A stretch of DNA of 64,000 bases, taken from assembly GCA_964276515.1 (NCBI GenBank), contig OZ193910.1:6882001-6946000 (forward strand). Reading direction: 5' to 3'. How positions within the stretch are numbered: the stretch's first letter is position 1; each line of letters opens with the position of its first letter. A model generated the notes under the pieces. It did not search any database and had not been told where the DNA came from. It saw only the letters and a list, made by a program, of their open reading frames with translations. A program made the position numbers and the translations under genes. Of this stretch, positions 12,001 to 27,000 are shown piece by piece. The stretch comes from Gordius albopunctatus. Its lineage: Eukaryota.

Positions 12001-15000
12001 AATTAAAATTTAGGTGTTGCGTTTATATTGTTTCAATATCGCTTTATAAGCGTGTCTCTAGTTTTAGTGAAACAAGCTCTATGCGATCGTGATTCAGAGT
12101 TAATAATTTTTGATGACTGATCAAAAAAATGTTTTTCAAGGAATTCACCTCTTATACCGAAAACTTTCATGAGAGCTATATGGTTGAACAAAAAAATTTA
12201 AAAAATTTTGAGGTCGAAAAAAATATTATTTTTCATATTCTTTCGAAAGGGATATCAAAAAATCTTTAAAAGTTAGTAAATATTCATAGCATTTTGTCCT
12301 TGTTAGAATCTTGATAGGAATTTTTGCGTGGGGGGATGTTTTAGATTGAGAGAAATTAAAATTTAGGTGTTGCGTTTATATTGTTTCAATATCGCTTTAT
12401 AAGCGTGTCTCTAGTTTTAGTTAAACAAGCTCTATGCGATCGTGATTTAGAGTTAATAATTTTTGATGACTGATCAAAAAAATGTTTTTCAAGGAATTCA
12501 CCTCTTATACCGAAAACTTTCATGAGAGCTATATGGTTGAACAAAAAAATTGAAAAAATTTTGAGGTCGAAAAAAATATTATTTTTCATATTGTTTCGAA
12601 AGGGAGATGAAAAAATCTTTAAAAGTTAGTAAATATTCTTAGCATTTTGTCCTTGTTAGAATCTTGATAGGAATTTTTGCGTGGGGGGATGTTTGAGATT
12701 TAGAGAAATTAAAATTTTCGTGTTGCGTTTAGATTGATTCAATATCGCTTTATAAGCGTGTCTCTAGTTTTAGTGAAACAAGCTCTATGCGATCGTGATT
12801 TAGAGTTAATAATTTTTGATGACTGATCAAAAAAATGTTTTTCAAGGAATTCACCTCTTATACCGAAAACTTTCATGAGAGCTATATGGTTGAACAAAAA
12901 AATAGAAAAAATTTTGAGGTCGAAAAAATTATTATTTTTCATATTCTTTTGAAAGGGAGATGAAAAAATCTTTAAAAGTTAGTAAATATTCTTAGCATTT
13001 TGTCCTTGTTAGAATCTTGATAGGAATTTATGCGTGGGGGGATGTTTTAGATTGAGAGAAATTAAAATTTAGGTGTTGCGTTTATATTGTTTCAATATCG
13101 CTTTATAAGCGAGCTCTATGCGATCGTGATTTAGAGTTAATAATTTTTGATGACTGATCAAAAAAATGTTTTTCAAGGAATTCACCTCTTATACCGAAAA
13201 CTTTCATGAGAGCTATATGGTTGAACAAAAAAAATTAAAACAATTTTGAGGTCGAAAAAAATATTATTTTTCATATTCTTTCGAAAGGGAGATGAAAAAA
13301 TCTTTAAAAGTTAGTAAATATTCTTAGCATTTTGTCCTTGTTAGAATCTTGATAGGAATTTTTGCGTGGGGGCATGTTTGAGATTGAGAGAAATTAAAAT
13401 TTTCGTGTTGCGTTTAGATTGATTCAATATCGCTTTATAAGCGTGTCTCTAGTTTTAGTGAAACAGGCTCTATGCGATCGTGATTTAGAGTTAATAATTT
13501 TTGATGACTGATCAAAAAAATGTTTTTCAAGGAATTCATCTCTTATACGGAAAACTTTCATGAGAGCTATATGGTTGAACAAAAAAATTGAAAAAATTTT
13601 GAGGTCGAAAAAAATATTATTTTTCATATTCTTTCGAAAGGATGATGAAAAAATCTTTAAAAGTTAGTAAATATTCTTAGCATTTTGTCCTTGTTAGAAT
13701 CTTGATAGGAATTTATGCGTGGGAGGATGTTTTAGATTGAGAGAAATTTAAATTTTCGTGTTGCGTTTATATTGTTTCAATATCGCTTTATAAGCGTGTC
13801 TCTAGTTTTAGTGAAACAAGCTCTATGCGATCGTGATTTAGAGTTAATAATTTTTGACGACTGATCAAAAAAATGTTTTTAAAGGAATTCACCTCTTATA
13901 CGGAAAACTTTCATGAGAGCTATATGGTTGAACAAAAAAATAGAAAAAATTTTGAGGTCGAAAAAATTATTATTTTTCATATTCTTTCGAAAGGGAGATG
14001 AAAAAATCTTTAAAAGTTAGTAAATATTCTTAGAATTTTGTCCTTGTTAGAATCTTGATAGGAATTTTTGCGTTGGCGATGTTTGAGATTGAGAGAAATT
14101 AAAATTTTCGTGTGGCGTTTAGATTGATTCAATATCGCTTTATAAGCGTGTCTCTAGTTTTAGTGAAACAAGCTCTATGCGATCGTGATTTAGAGTTAAT
14201 AATTTTTGATGACTGATCAAAAAAATGTTTTTCAAGGAATTCACCTCTTATACCGAAAACTTTCATGAGAACTATATGGTTGAACAAAAAAATTGAAAAA
14301 ATTTTGAGGTCGAAAAAAATATTATTTTTCATATTTTTTCGAAAGGGAGATGAAAAAATCTTTAAAAGTTAGTAAATATTCTTAGCATTTTGTCCTTGTT
14401 AGAATATTGATAGAAATTTATGCGTGGGGGGATGTTTTAGATTGAGAGAAATTAAAATTTAGGTGTTGCGTTTAGATTGATTAAAAATCGCTTTATAAGC
14501 GTGTCTCTAGTTTTAGTGTAACAAGCTCTATGCGATCGTGATTTAGAGTTAATAATTTTTGATGACTGATCAAAAAAATGTTTTTAAAGGAATTCACCTC
14601 TTATACGGAAAACTTTCATGAGAGCTATATGGTTGAACAAAAAAATAGAAAAAATTTTGAGGTCGAAAAAATTATTATTTTTCATATTCTTTCGAAAGGG
14701 AGATGAAAAAATCTTTAAAAGTTAGTAAATATTCTTAGCATTTTGTCCTTGTTAGAATCTTGATAGGAATTTATGCGTGGGGGGATGTTTGAGATTTAGA
14801 GAAATTAAAATTTAGGTGTTGCGTTTATATTGTTTCAATATCGCTTTATAAGCGTGTCTCTAGTTTTAGTGAAACAAACTCTATGCGATCGTGATTCAGA
14901 GTTAATAATTTTTGATGACTGATCAAAAAAATGTTTTTCAAGGAATTCACCTCTTATACCGAAAACTTTCATGAGAGCTATATGGTTGAACAAAAAAATT

Positions 15001-18000
15001 TAAAAAATTTTGAGGTCGAAAAAAATATTATTTTTCATATTTTTTCGAAAGGGAGATGAAAAAATCTTTAAAAGTTAGTAAATATTCTTAGCATTTTGTC
15101 CTTGTTAGAATCTTGATAGGAATTTATGCGTGGGGGGATGTTTTAGATTGAGAGAAATTAAAATTTAGGTGTTGCGTTTAGATTGATTCAATATCGCTTT
15201 ATAAGCGTGTCTCTAGTTTTAGTGAAACAAGCTCTATGCGATCGTGATTTAGAGTTAATAATTTTTGACGACTGATCAAAAAAATGTTTTTAAAGGAATT
15301 CACCTCTTATACGGAAAACTTTCATGAGAGCTATATGGTTGAACAAAAAAATTGAAAAAATTTTGAGGTCGAAAAAAATATTATTTTTCATATTGTTTCG
15401 AAAGGGAGATGAAAAAATCTTTAAAAGTTAGTAAATATTCTTAGCATTTTGTCCTTGTTAGAATCTTGATAGGAATTTTTGCGTGGGGGGATGTTTGAGA
15501 TTGAGAGAAATTAAAATTTTCGTGTTGCGTTTAGATTGATTCAATATCGCTTTATAAGCGTGTCTCTAGTTTTAGTGAAACAAGCTCTATGCGATCGTGA
15601 TTTAGAGTTAATAATTTTTGATGACTGATCAAAAAAATGTTTTTCAAGGAATTCACCTCTTATACCGAAAACTTTCATGAGAGCTATATGGTTGAACAAA
15701 AAAATAGAAAAAATTTTGAGGTCGAAAAAATTATTATTTTTCATATTCTTTTGAAAGGGAGATGAAAAAATCTTTAAAAGTTAGTAAATATTCTTAGCAT
15801 TTTGTCCTTGTTAGAATCTTGATAGGAATTTATGCGTGGGGGGATGTTTTAGATTGAGAGAAATTAAAATTTAGGTGTTGCGTTTATATTGTTTCAATAT
15901 CGCTTTATAAGCGAGCTCTATGCGATCGTGATTTAGAGTTAATAATTTTTGATGACTGATCAAAAAAATGTTTTTCAAGGAATTCACCTCTTATACCGAA
16001 AACTTTCATGAGAGCTATATGGTTGAACAAAAAAAATTAAAACAATTTTGAGGTCGAAAAAAATATTATTTTTCATATTCTTTCGAAAGGGAGATGAAAA
16101 AATCTTTAAAAGTTAGTAAATATTCTTAGCATTTTGTCCTTGTTAGAATCTTGATAGGAATTTTTGCGTGGGGGCATGTTTGAGATTGAGAGAAATTAAA
16201 ATTTTCGTGTTGCGTTTAGATTGATTCAATATCGCTTTATAAGCGTGTCTCTAGTTTTAGTGAAACAAGCTCTATGCGATCGTGATTTAGAGTTAATAAT
16301 TTTTGACGACTGATCAAAAAAATGTTTTTAAAGGAATTCACCTCTTATACGGAAAACTTTCATGAGAGCTATATGGTTGAACAAAAAAATAGAAAAAATT
16401 TTGAGGTCGAAAAAATTATTATTTTTCATATTCTTTCGAAAGGGAGATGAAAAAATCTTTAAAAGTTAGTAAATATTCTTAGCATTTTGTCCTTGTTAGA
16501 ATCTTGATAGGAATTTATGCGTGGGGGGATGTTTGAGATTTAGAGAAATTAAAATTTAGGTGTTGCGTTTATATTGTTTCAATATCGCTTTATAAGCGTG
16601 TCTCTAGTTTTAGTGAAACAAACTCTATGCGATCGTGATTCAGAGTTAATAATTTTTGATGACTGATCAAAAAAATGTTTTTCAAGGAATTCACCTCTTA
16701 TACCGAAAACTTTCATGAGAGCTATATGGTTGAACAAAAAAATTTAAAAAATTTTGAGGTCGAAAAAAATATTATTTTTCATATTGTTTCGAAAGGGAGA
16801 TGAAAAAATCTTTAAAAGTTAGTAAATATTCTTAGCATTTTGTGCTTGTTAGAATCTTGATAGGAATTTTTGCGTGGGGGGATGTTTTAGATTGAGAGAA
16901 ATTAAAATTTAGGTGTTGCGTTTATATTGTTTCAATATCGCTTTATAAGCGTGTCTCTAGTTTTAGTTAAACAAGCTCTATGCGATCGTGATTTAGAGTT
17001 AATAATTTTTGATGACTGATCAAAAAAATGTTTTTCAAGGAATTCACCTCTTATACCGAAAATTTTCATGAGAGCTATATGGTTGAACAAAAAAATTGAA
17101 AAAATTTTGAGGTCGAAAAAAATATTATTTTTCATATTGTTTCGAAAGGGAGATGAAAAAATCTTTAAAAGTTAGTAAATATTCTTAGCATTTTGTCCTT
17201 GTTAGAATCTTGATAGGAATTTTTGCGTGGGGGGATGTTTGAGATTGAGAGAAATTAAAATTTTCGTGTTGCGTTTAGATTGATTCAATATCGCTTTATA
17301 AGCGTGTCTCTAGTTTTAGTGAAACAAGCTCTATGCGATCGTGATTTAGAGTTAATAATTTTTGATGACTGATCAAAAAATGTTTTTCAAGGAATTCACC
17401 TCTTATACCGAAAACTTTCATGAGAACTATATGGTTGGAACAAAAAAATTGAAAAAATTTTGAGGTCGAAAAAAATATTATTTTTCATATTTTTTCGAAA
17501 GGGAGATGAAAAAATCTTTAAAAGTTAGTAAATATTCTTAGCATTTTGTCCTTGTTAGAATCTTGATAGGAATTTATGCGTGGGGGGATGTTTTAGATTG
17601 AGAGAAATTAAAATTTAGGTGTTGCGTTTAGATTGATTCAATATCGCTTTATAAGCGTGTCTCTAGTTTTAGTGAAACAAGCTCTATGCGATCGTGATTT
17701 AGAGTTAATAATTTTTGACGACTGATCAAAAAAATGTTTTTAAAAGAATTCACCTCTTATACGGAAAACTTTCATGAGAGCTATATGGTTGAACAAAAAA
17801 ATTGAAAAAATTTTGAGGTCGAAAAAAATATTATTTTTCATATTGTTTCGAAAGGGAGATGAAAAAATCTTTAAAAGTTAGTAAATATTCTTAGCATTTT
17901 GTCCTTGTTAGAATCTTGATAGGAATTTTTGCGTGGGGGGATGTTTGAGATTGAGAGAAATTAAAATTTTCGTGTTGCGTTTAGATTGATTCAATATCGC

Positions 18001-21000
18001 TTTATAAGCGTGTCTCTAGTTTTAGTGAAACAAGCTCTATGCGATCGTGATTTAGAGTTAATAATTTTTGATGACTGATCAAAAAAATGTTTTTCAAGGA
18101 ATTCACTTCTTATACCGAAAACTTTCATGAGAGCTATATGGTTGAACAAAAAAATAGAAAAAATTTTGAGGTCGAAAAAATTATTATTTTTCATATTCTT
18201 TTGAAAGGGAGATGAAAAAATCTTTAAAAGTTAGTAAATATTCTTAGCATTTTGTCCTTGTTAGAATCTTGATAGGAATTTATGCGTGGGGGGATGTTTT
18301 AGATTGAGAGAAATTAAAATTTAGGTGTTGCGTTTATATTGTTTCAATATCGCTTTATAAGCGAGCTCTATGCGATCGTGATTTAGAGTTAATAATTTTT
18401 GATGACTGATCAAAAAAATGTTTTTCAAGGAATTCACCTCTTATACCGAAAATTTTCATGAGAGCTATATGGTTGAACAAAAAAAATTAAAACAATTTTG
18501 AGGTCGAAAAAAATATTATTTTTCATATTCTTTCGAAAGGGAGATGAAAAAATCTTTAAAAGTTAGTAAATATTCTTAGCATTTTGTCCTTGTTAGAATC
18601 TTGATAGGAATTTTTGCGTGGGGGCATGTTTGAGATTGAGAGAAATTAAAATTTTCGTGTTGCGTTTAGATTGATTCAATATCGCTTTATAAGCGTGTCT
18701 CTAGTTTTAGTGAAACAGGCTCTATGCGATCGTGATTTAGAGTTAATAATTTTTGATGACTGATCAAAAAAATGTTTTTCAAGGAATTCATCTCTTATAC
18801 GGAAAACTTTCATGAGAGCTATATGGTTGAACAAAAAAATTGAAAAAATTTTGAGGTCGAAAAAAATATTATTTTTCATATTCTTTCGAAAGGGAGATGA
18901 AAAAATCTTTAAAAGTTAGTAAATATTCTTAGCATTTTGTCCTTGTTAGAATCTTGATAGGAATTTATGCGTGGGGGGATGTTTGAGATTTAGAGAAATT
19001 AAAATTTAGGTGTTGCGTTTATATTGTTTCAATATCGCTTTATAAGCGTGTCTCTAGTTTTAGTGAAACAAACTCTATGCGATCGTGATTCAGAGTTAAT
19101 AATTTTTGATGACTGATCAAAAAAATGTTTTTCAAGCAATTCACCTCTTATACCGAAAACTTTCATGAGAGCTATATGGTTGAACAAAAAAAATTAAAAC
19201 AATTTTGAGGTCGAAAAAAATATTATTTTTCATATTTTTTCGAAAGGGAGATGAAAAAATCTTTAAAAGTTAGTAAATATTCTTAGCATTTTGTCCTTGT
19301 TAGAATATTGATAGAAATTTATGCGTGGGGGGATGTTTTAAATTGAGAGAAATTAAAATTTAGGTGTTGCGTTTATATTGTTTCAATATCGCTTTATAAG
19401 CGTGTCTCTAGTTTTAGTTAAACAAGCTCTATGCGATCGTGATTTAGAGTTAATAATTTTTGATGACTGATCAAAAAAATGTTTTTCATTCACCTCTTAT
19501 ACCGAAAATTTTCATGAGAGCTATATGGTTGAACAAAAAAATTGAAAAAATTTTGAGGTCGAAAAAAATATTATTTTTCATATTGTTTCGAAAGGGAGAT
19601 GAAAAAATCTTTAAAAGTTAGTAAATATTCTTAGCATTTTGTCCTTGTTAGAATCTTGATAGGAATTTTTGCGTGGGGGGATGTTTGAGATTGAGAGAAA
19701 TTAAAATTTTCGTGTTGCGTTTAGATTGATTCAATATCGCTTTATAAGCGTGTCTCTAGTTTTAGTGAAACAAGCTCTATGCGATCGTGATTTAGAGTTA
19801 ATAATTTTTGATGACTGATCAAAAAATGTTTTTCAAGGAATTCACCTCTTATACCGAAAACTTTCATGAGAACTATATGGTTGGAACAAAAAAATTGAAA
19901 AAATTTTGAGGTCGAAAAAAATATTATTTTTCATATTTTTTCGAAAGGGAGATGAAAAAATCTTTAAAAGTTAGTAAATATTCTTAGCATTTTGTCCTTG
20001 TTAGAATCTTGATAGGAATTTATGCGTGGGGGGATGTTTTAGATTGAGAGAAATTAAAATTTAGGTGTTGCGTTTAGATTGATTCAATATCGCTTTATAA
20101 GCGTGTCTCTAGTTTTAGTGAAACAAGCTCTATGCGATCGTGATTTAGAGTTAATAATTTTTGACGACTGATCAAAAAAATGTTTTTAAAAGAATTCACC
20201 TCTTATACGGAAAACTTTCATGAGAGCTATATGGTTGAACAAAAAAATTGAAAAAATTTTGAGGTCGAAAAAAATATTATTTTTCATATTGTTTCGAAAG
20301 GGAGATGAAAAAATCTTTAAAAGTTAGTAAATATTCTTAGCATTTTGTCCTTGTTAGAATCTTGATAGGAATTTTTGCGTGGGGGGATGTTTGAGATTGA
20401 GAGAAATTAAAATTTTCGTGTTGCGTTTAGATTGATTCAATATCGCTTTATAAGCGTGTCTCTAGTTTTAGTGAAACAAGCTCTATGCGATCGTGATTTA
20501 GAGTTAATAATTTTTGATGACTGATCAAAAAAATGTTTTTCAAGGAATTCACCTCTTATACCGAAAACTTTCATGAGAGCTATATGGTTGAACAAAAAAA
20601 TAGAAAAAATTTTGAGGTCGAAAAAATTATTATTTTTCATATTCTTTTGAAAGGGAGATGAAAAAATCTTTAAAAGTTAGTAAATATTCTTAGCATTTTG
20701 TCCTTGTTAGAATCTTGATAGGAATTTATGCGTGGGGGGATGTTTTAGATTGAGAGAAATTAAAATTTAGGTGTTGCGTTTATATTGTTTCAATATCGCT
20801 TTATAAGCGAGCTCTATGCGATCGTGATTTAGAGTTAATAATTTTTGATGACTGATCAAAAAAATGTTTTTCAAGGAATTCACCTCTTATACCGAAAATT
20901 TTCATGAGAGCTATATGGTTGAACAAAAAAAATTAAAACAATTTTGAGGTCGAAAAAAATATTATTTTTCATATTCTTTCGAAAGGGAGATGAAAAAATC

Positions 21001-24000
21001 TTTAAAAGTTAGTAAATATTCTTAGCATTTTGTCCTTGTTAGAATCTTGATAGGAATTTTTGCGTGGGGGCATGTTTGAGATTGAGAGAAATTAAAATTT
21101 TCGTGTTGCGTTTAGATTGATTCAATATCGCTTTATAAGCGTGTCTCTAGTTTTAGTGAAACAGGCTCTATGCGATCGTGATTTAGAGTTAATAATTTTT
21201 GATGACTGATCAAAAAAATGTTTTTCAAGGAATTCATCTCTTATACGGAAAACTTTCATGAGAGCTATATGGTTGAACAAAAAAATTGAAAAAATTTTGA
21301 GGTCGAAAAAAATATTATTTTTCATATTCTTTCGAAAGGGAGATGAAAAAATCTTTAAAAGTTAGTAAATATTCTTAGGATTTTGTCCTTGTTAGAATCT
21401 TGATAGGAATTTATGCGTGGGGGGATGTTTGAGATTTAGAGAAATTAAAATTTAGGTGTTGCGTTTATATTGTTTCAATATCATTTTATAAGCGTGTCTC
21501 TAGTTTTAGTGAAACAAACTCTATGCGATCGTGATTCAGAGTACATAATTTTTGATGACTGATCAAAAAAATGTTTTTCAAGCAATTCACCTCTTATACC
21601 GAAAACTTTCATGAGAGCTATATGGTTGAACAAAAAAAATTAAAACAATTTTGAGGTCGAAAAAAATATTATTTTTCATATTTTTTCGAAAGGGAGATGA
21701 AAAAATCTTTAAAAGTTAGTAAATATTCTTAGCATTTTGTCCTTGTTAGAATATTGATAGAAATTTATGCGTGGGGGGATGTTTTAAATTGAGAGAAATT
21801 AAAATTTTCGTGTTGCGTTTATATTGTTTCAATATCGCTTTATAAGCGTGTCTCTAGTTTTAGTGAAACAAGCTCTATGCGATCGTGATTTAGAGTTAAT
21901 AATTTTTGACGACTGATCAAAAAAATGTTTTTAAAGGAATTCACCTCTTATACGGAAAACTTTCATGAGAGCTATATGGTTGAACAAAAAAATAGAAAAA
22001 ATTTTGAGGTCGAAAAAATTATTATTTTTCATATTCTTTCGAAAGGGAGATGAAAAAATCTTTAAAAGTTAGTAAATATTCTTAGCATTTTGTCCTTGTT
22101 AGAATCTTGATAGGAATTTTTGCGTGGGGGGATGTTTTAGATTGAGAGAAATTAAAATTTTCGTGTTGCGTTTATATTGTTTCAATATCGCTTTATAAGC
22201 GTGTCTCTAGTTTTAGTGAAACAAGCTCTATGCGATCGTGATTTAGAGTTAATAATTTTTGACGACTGATCAAAAAAATGTTTTTAAAGGAATTCACCTC
22301 TTATACGGAAAACTTTCATGAGAGCTATATGGTTGAACAAAAAAATAGAAAAAATTTTGAGGTCGAAAAAATTATTATTTTTCATATTCTTTCGAAAGGG
22401 AGATGAAAAAATCTTTAAAAGTTAGTAAATATTCTTAGCATTTTGTCCTTGTTAGAATCTTGATAGGAATTTATGCGTGGGGGGATGTTTGAGATTTAGA
22501 GAAATTAAAATTTAGGTGTTGCGTTTATATTGTTTCAATATCGCTTTATAAGCGTGTCTCTAGTTTTAGTGAAACAAACTCTATGCGATCGTGATTCAGA
22601 GTTAATAATTTTTGATGACTGATCAAAAAAATGTTTTTCAAGGAATTCACCTCTTATACCGAAAACTTTCATGAGAGCTATATGGTTGAACAAAAAAATT
22701 TAAAAAATTTTGAGGTCGAAAAAAATATTATTTTTCATATTCTTTCGAAAGGGATATGAAAAAATCTTTAAAAGTTAGTAAATATTCTTAGCATTTTGTG
22801 CTTGTTAGAATCTTGATAGGAATTTTTGCGTGGGGGGATGTTTTAAATTGAGAGAAATTAAAATTTAGGTGTTGCGTTTATATTGTTTCAATATCGCTTT
22901 ATAAGCGTGTCTCTAGTTTTAGTGTAACAAGCTCTATGCGATCGTGATTTAGAGTTAATAATTTTTGATGACTGATCAAAAAAATGTTTTTCAAGCAATT
23001 CACCTCTTATACCGAAAACTTTCATGAGAGCTATATGGTTGAACAAAAAAATTGAAAAAATTTTGAGGTCGAAAAAAATATTATTTTTCAAATTCTTTCG
23101 AAAGGGAGATGAAAAAATCTTTAAAAGTTAGTAAATATTCTTAGAATTTTGTCCTTGTTAGAATATTGATAGAAATTTATGCGTGGGGGGATGTTTTAGA
23201 TTGAGAGAAATTAAAATTTAGGTGTTGCGTTTATATTGTTTCAATATCGCTTTATAAGCGTGTCTCTAGTTTTAGTGAAACAAGCTCTATGCGGTCGTGA
23301 TTTAGAGTTAATAATTTTTGATGACTGATCAAAAAATGTTTTTCAAGGAATTCACCTCTTATACCGAAAACTTTCATGAGAACTATATGGTTGGAACAAA
23401 AAAATTGAAAAAATTTTGAGGTCGAAAAAAAATATTATTTTTCATATTTTTTCGAAAGGGAGATGAAAAAATCTTTAAAAGTTAGTAAATATTCTTAGCA
23501 TTTTGTCCTTGTTAGAATATTGATAGAAATTTATGCGTGGGGGGATGTTTTAGATTGAGAGAAATTAAAATTTAGGTGTTGCGTTTATATTGTTTCAATA
23601 TCGCTTTATAAGCGTGTCTCTAGTTTTAGTGAAACAAGCTCTATGCGATCGTGATTTAGAGTTAATAATTTTTGATGACTGATCAAAAAAATGTTTTTCA
23701 AGGAATTCACCTCTTATACCGAAAACTTTCATGAGAACTATATGGTTGAACAAAAAAATTGAAAAAATTTTGAGGTCGAAAAAAATATTATTTTTCATAT
23801 TTTTTCGAAAGGGAGATGAAAAAATCTTTAAAAGTTAGTAAATATTCTTAGAATTTTGTCCTTGTTAGAATCTTGATAGGAATTTTTGCGTTGGCGATGT
23901 TTGAGATTGAGAGAAATTAAAATTTTCGTGTGGCGTTTAGATTGATTCAATATCGCTTTATAAGCGTGTCTCTAGTTTTAGTGAAACAAGCTCTATGCGA

Positions 24001-27000
24001 TCGTGATTTAGAGTTAATAATTTTTGATGACTGATCAAAAAAATGTTTTTCAAGCAATTCACCTCTTATACCGAAAACTTTCATGAGAGCTATATGGTTG
24101 AACAAAAAAATTGAAAAAATTTTGAGGTCGAAAAAAATATTATTTTTCATATTTTTTCGAAAGGGAGATGAAAAAATCTTTAAAAGTTAGTAAATATTCT
24201 TAGCATTTTGTCCTTGTTAGAATATTGATAGAAATTTATGCGTGGGGGGATGTTTTAGATTGAGAGAAATTAAAATTTAGGTGTTGCGTTTAGATTGATT
24301 AAAAATCGCTTTATAAGCGTGTCTCTAGTTTTAGTGTAACAAGCTCTATGCGATCGTGATTTAGAGTTAATAATTTTTGATGACTGATCAAAAAAATGTT
24401 TTTCAAGCAATTCACCTCTTATACCGAAAACTTTCATGAGAGCTATATGGTTGAACAAAAAAATTGAAAAAATTTTGAGGTCGAAAAAAATATTATTTTT
24501 CAAATTCTTTCGAAAGGGAGATGAAAAAATCTTTAAAAGTTAGTAAATATTCTTAGAATTTTGTCCTTGTTAGAATATTGATAGGAATTTATGCGTGGGG
24601 GGATGTTTGAGATTTAGAGAAATTAAAATTTAGGTGTTGCGTTTATATTGTTTCAATATCGCTTTATAAGCGTGTCTCTAGTTTTAGTGAAACAAGCTCT
24701 ATGCGATCGTGATTCAGAGTTAATAATTTTTGATGACTGATCAAAAAATGTTTTTCAAGGAATTCATCTCTTATACGGAAAACTTTCATGAGAGCTATAT
24801 GGTTGAACAAAAAAAATTAAAACAATTTCGAGGTCGAAAAAAATATTATTTTTCAAATTCTTTCGAAAGGGAGATGAAAAAATCTTTAAAAGTTAGTAAA
24901 TATTCTTAGAATTTTGTCCTTGTTAGAATCTTGATAGGAATTTTTGCGTTGGCGATGTTTGAGATTGAGAGAAATTAAAATTTTCGTGTGGCGTTTAGAT
25001 TGATTCAATATCGCTTTATAAGCGTGTCTCTAGTTTTAGTGAAACAAGCTCTATGCGATCGTGATTTAGAGTTAATAATTTTTGATGACTGATCAAAAAA
25101 ATGTTTTTCAAGGAATTCACCTCTTATACCGAAAACTTTCATGAGAACTATATGGTTGAACAAAAAAATTGAAAAAATTTTGAGGTCGAAAAAAATATTA
25201 TTTTTCATATTTTTTCGAAAGGGAGATGAAAAAATCTTTAAAAGTTAGTAAATATTCTTAGCATTTTGTCCTTGTTAGAATATTGATAGAAATTTATGCG
25301 TGGGGGGATGTTTTAGATTGAGAGAAATTAAAATTTAGGTGTTGCGTTTAGATTGATTAAAAATCGCTTTATAAGCGTGTCTCTAGTTTTAGTGTAACAA
25401 GCTCTATGCGATCGTGATTTAGAGTTAATAATTTTTGATGACTGATCAAAAAAATGTTTTTCAAGCAATTCACCTCTTATACCGAAAACTTTCATGAGAG
25501 CTATATGGTTGAACAAAAAAATTGAAAAAATTTTGAGGTCGAAAAAAATATTATTTTTCAAATTCTTTCGAAAGGGAGATGAAAAAATCTTTAAAAGTTA
25601 GTAAATATTCTTAGAATTTTGTCCTTGTTAGAATATTGATAGAAATTTATGCGTGGGGGGATGTTTTAGATTGAGAGAAATTAAAATTTAGGTGTTGCGT
25701 TTATATTGTTTCAATATCGCTTTATAAGCGTGTCTCTAGTTTTAGTGAAACAAGCTCTATGCGATCGTGATTTAGAGTTAATAATTTTTGATGACTGATC
25801 AAAAAAATGTTTTTCAAGCAATTCACCTGTTATACCGAAAACTTTCATGAGAGCTATATGGTTGAACAAAAAAATTGAAAAAATTTTGAGGTCGAAAAAA
25901 ATATTATTTTTCAAATTCTTTCGAAAGGGAGATGAAAAAATCTTTAAAAGTTAGTAAATATTCTTAGAATTTTGTCCTTGTTAGAATCTTGATAGGAATT
26001 TATGCGTGGGGGGATGTTTGAGATTGAGAGAAATTAAAATTTTCGTGTTGCGTTTATATTGTTTCAATATCGCTTTATAAGCGTGTCTCTAGTTTTAGTG
26101 TAACAAGCTCTATGCGATCGTGATTTAGAGTTCATAATTTTTGATGACTGATCAAAAAAATGTTTTTCAAGCAATTCACCTCTTATACCGAAAACTTTCA
26201 TGAGAGCTATATGGTTGAACAAAAAAATTGAAAAAATTTTGAGGTCGAAAAAAATATTATTTTTCATATTTTTTCGAAAGGGAGATGAAAAAATCTTTAA
26301 AAGTTAGTAAATATTCTTAGAATTTTGTCCTTGTTAGAATCTTGATAGGAATTTTTGCGTGGGGGGATGTTTTAAATTGAGAGAAATTAAAATTTAGGTG
26401 TTGCGTTTATATTGTTTCAATATCGCTTTATAAGCGTGTCTCTAGTTTTAGTGTAACAAGCTCTATGCGATCGTGATTTAGAGTTAATAATTTTTGATGA
26501 CTGATCAAAAAAATGTTTTTCAAGCAATTCACCTCTTATACCGAAAACTTTCATGAGAGCTATATGGTTGAACAAAAAAATTGAAAAAATTTAGAGGTCG
26601 AAAAAAATATTATTTTTCAAATTCTTTCGAAAGGGAGATGAAAAAATCTTTAAAAGTTAGTAAATATTCTTAGAATTTTGTCCTTGTTAGAATCTTGATA
26701 GGAATTTATGCGTGGGGGGATGTTTGAGATTGAGAGAAATTAAAATTTTCGTGTTGCGTTTATATTGTTTCAATATCGCTTTATAAGCGTGTCTCTAGTT
26801 TTAGTGTAACAAGCTCTATGCGATCGTGATTTAGAGTTCATAATTTTTGATGACTGATCAAAAAAATGTTTTTCAAGCAATTCACCTCTTATACCGAAAA
26901 CTTTCATGAGAGCTATATGGTTGAACAAAAAAATTGAAAAAATTTTGAGGTCGAAAAAAATATTATTTTTCAAATTCTTTCGAAAGGGAGATGAAAAAAT

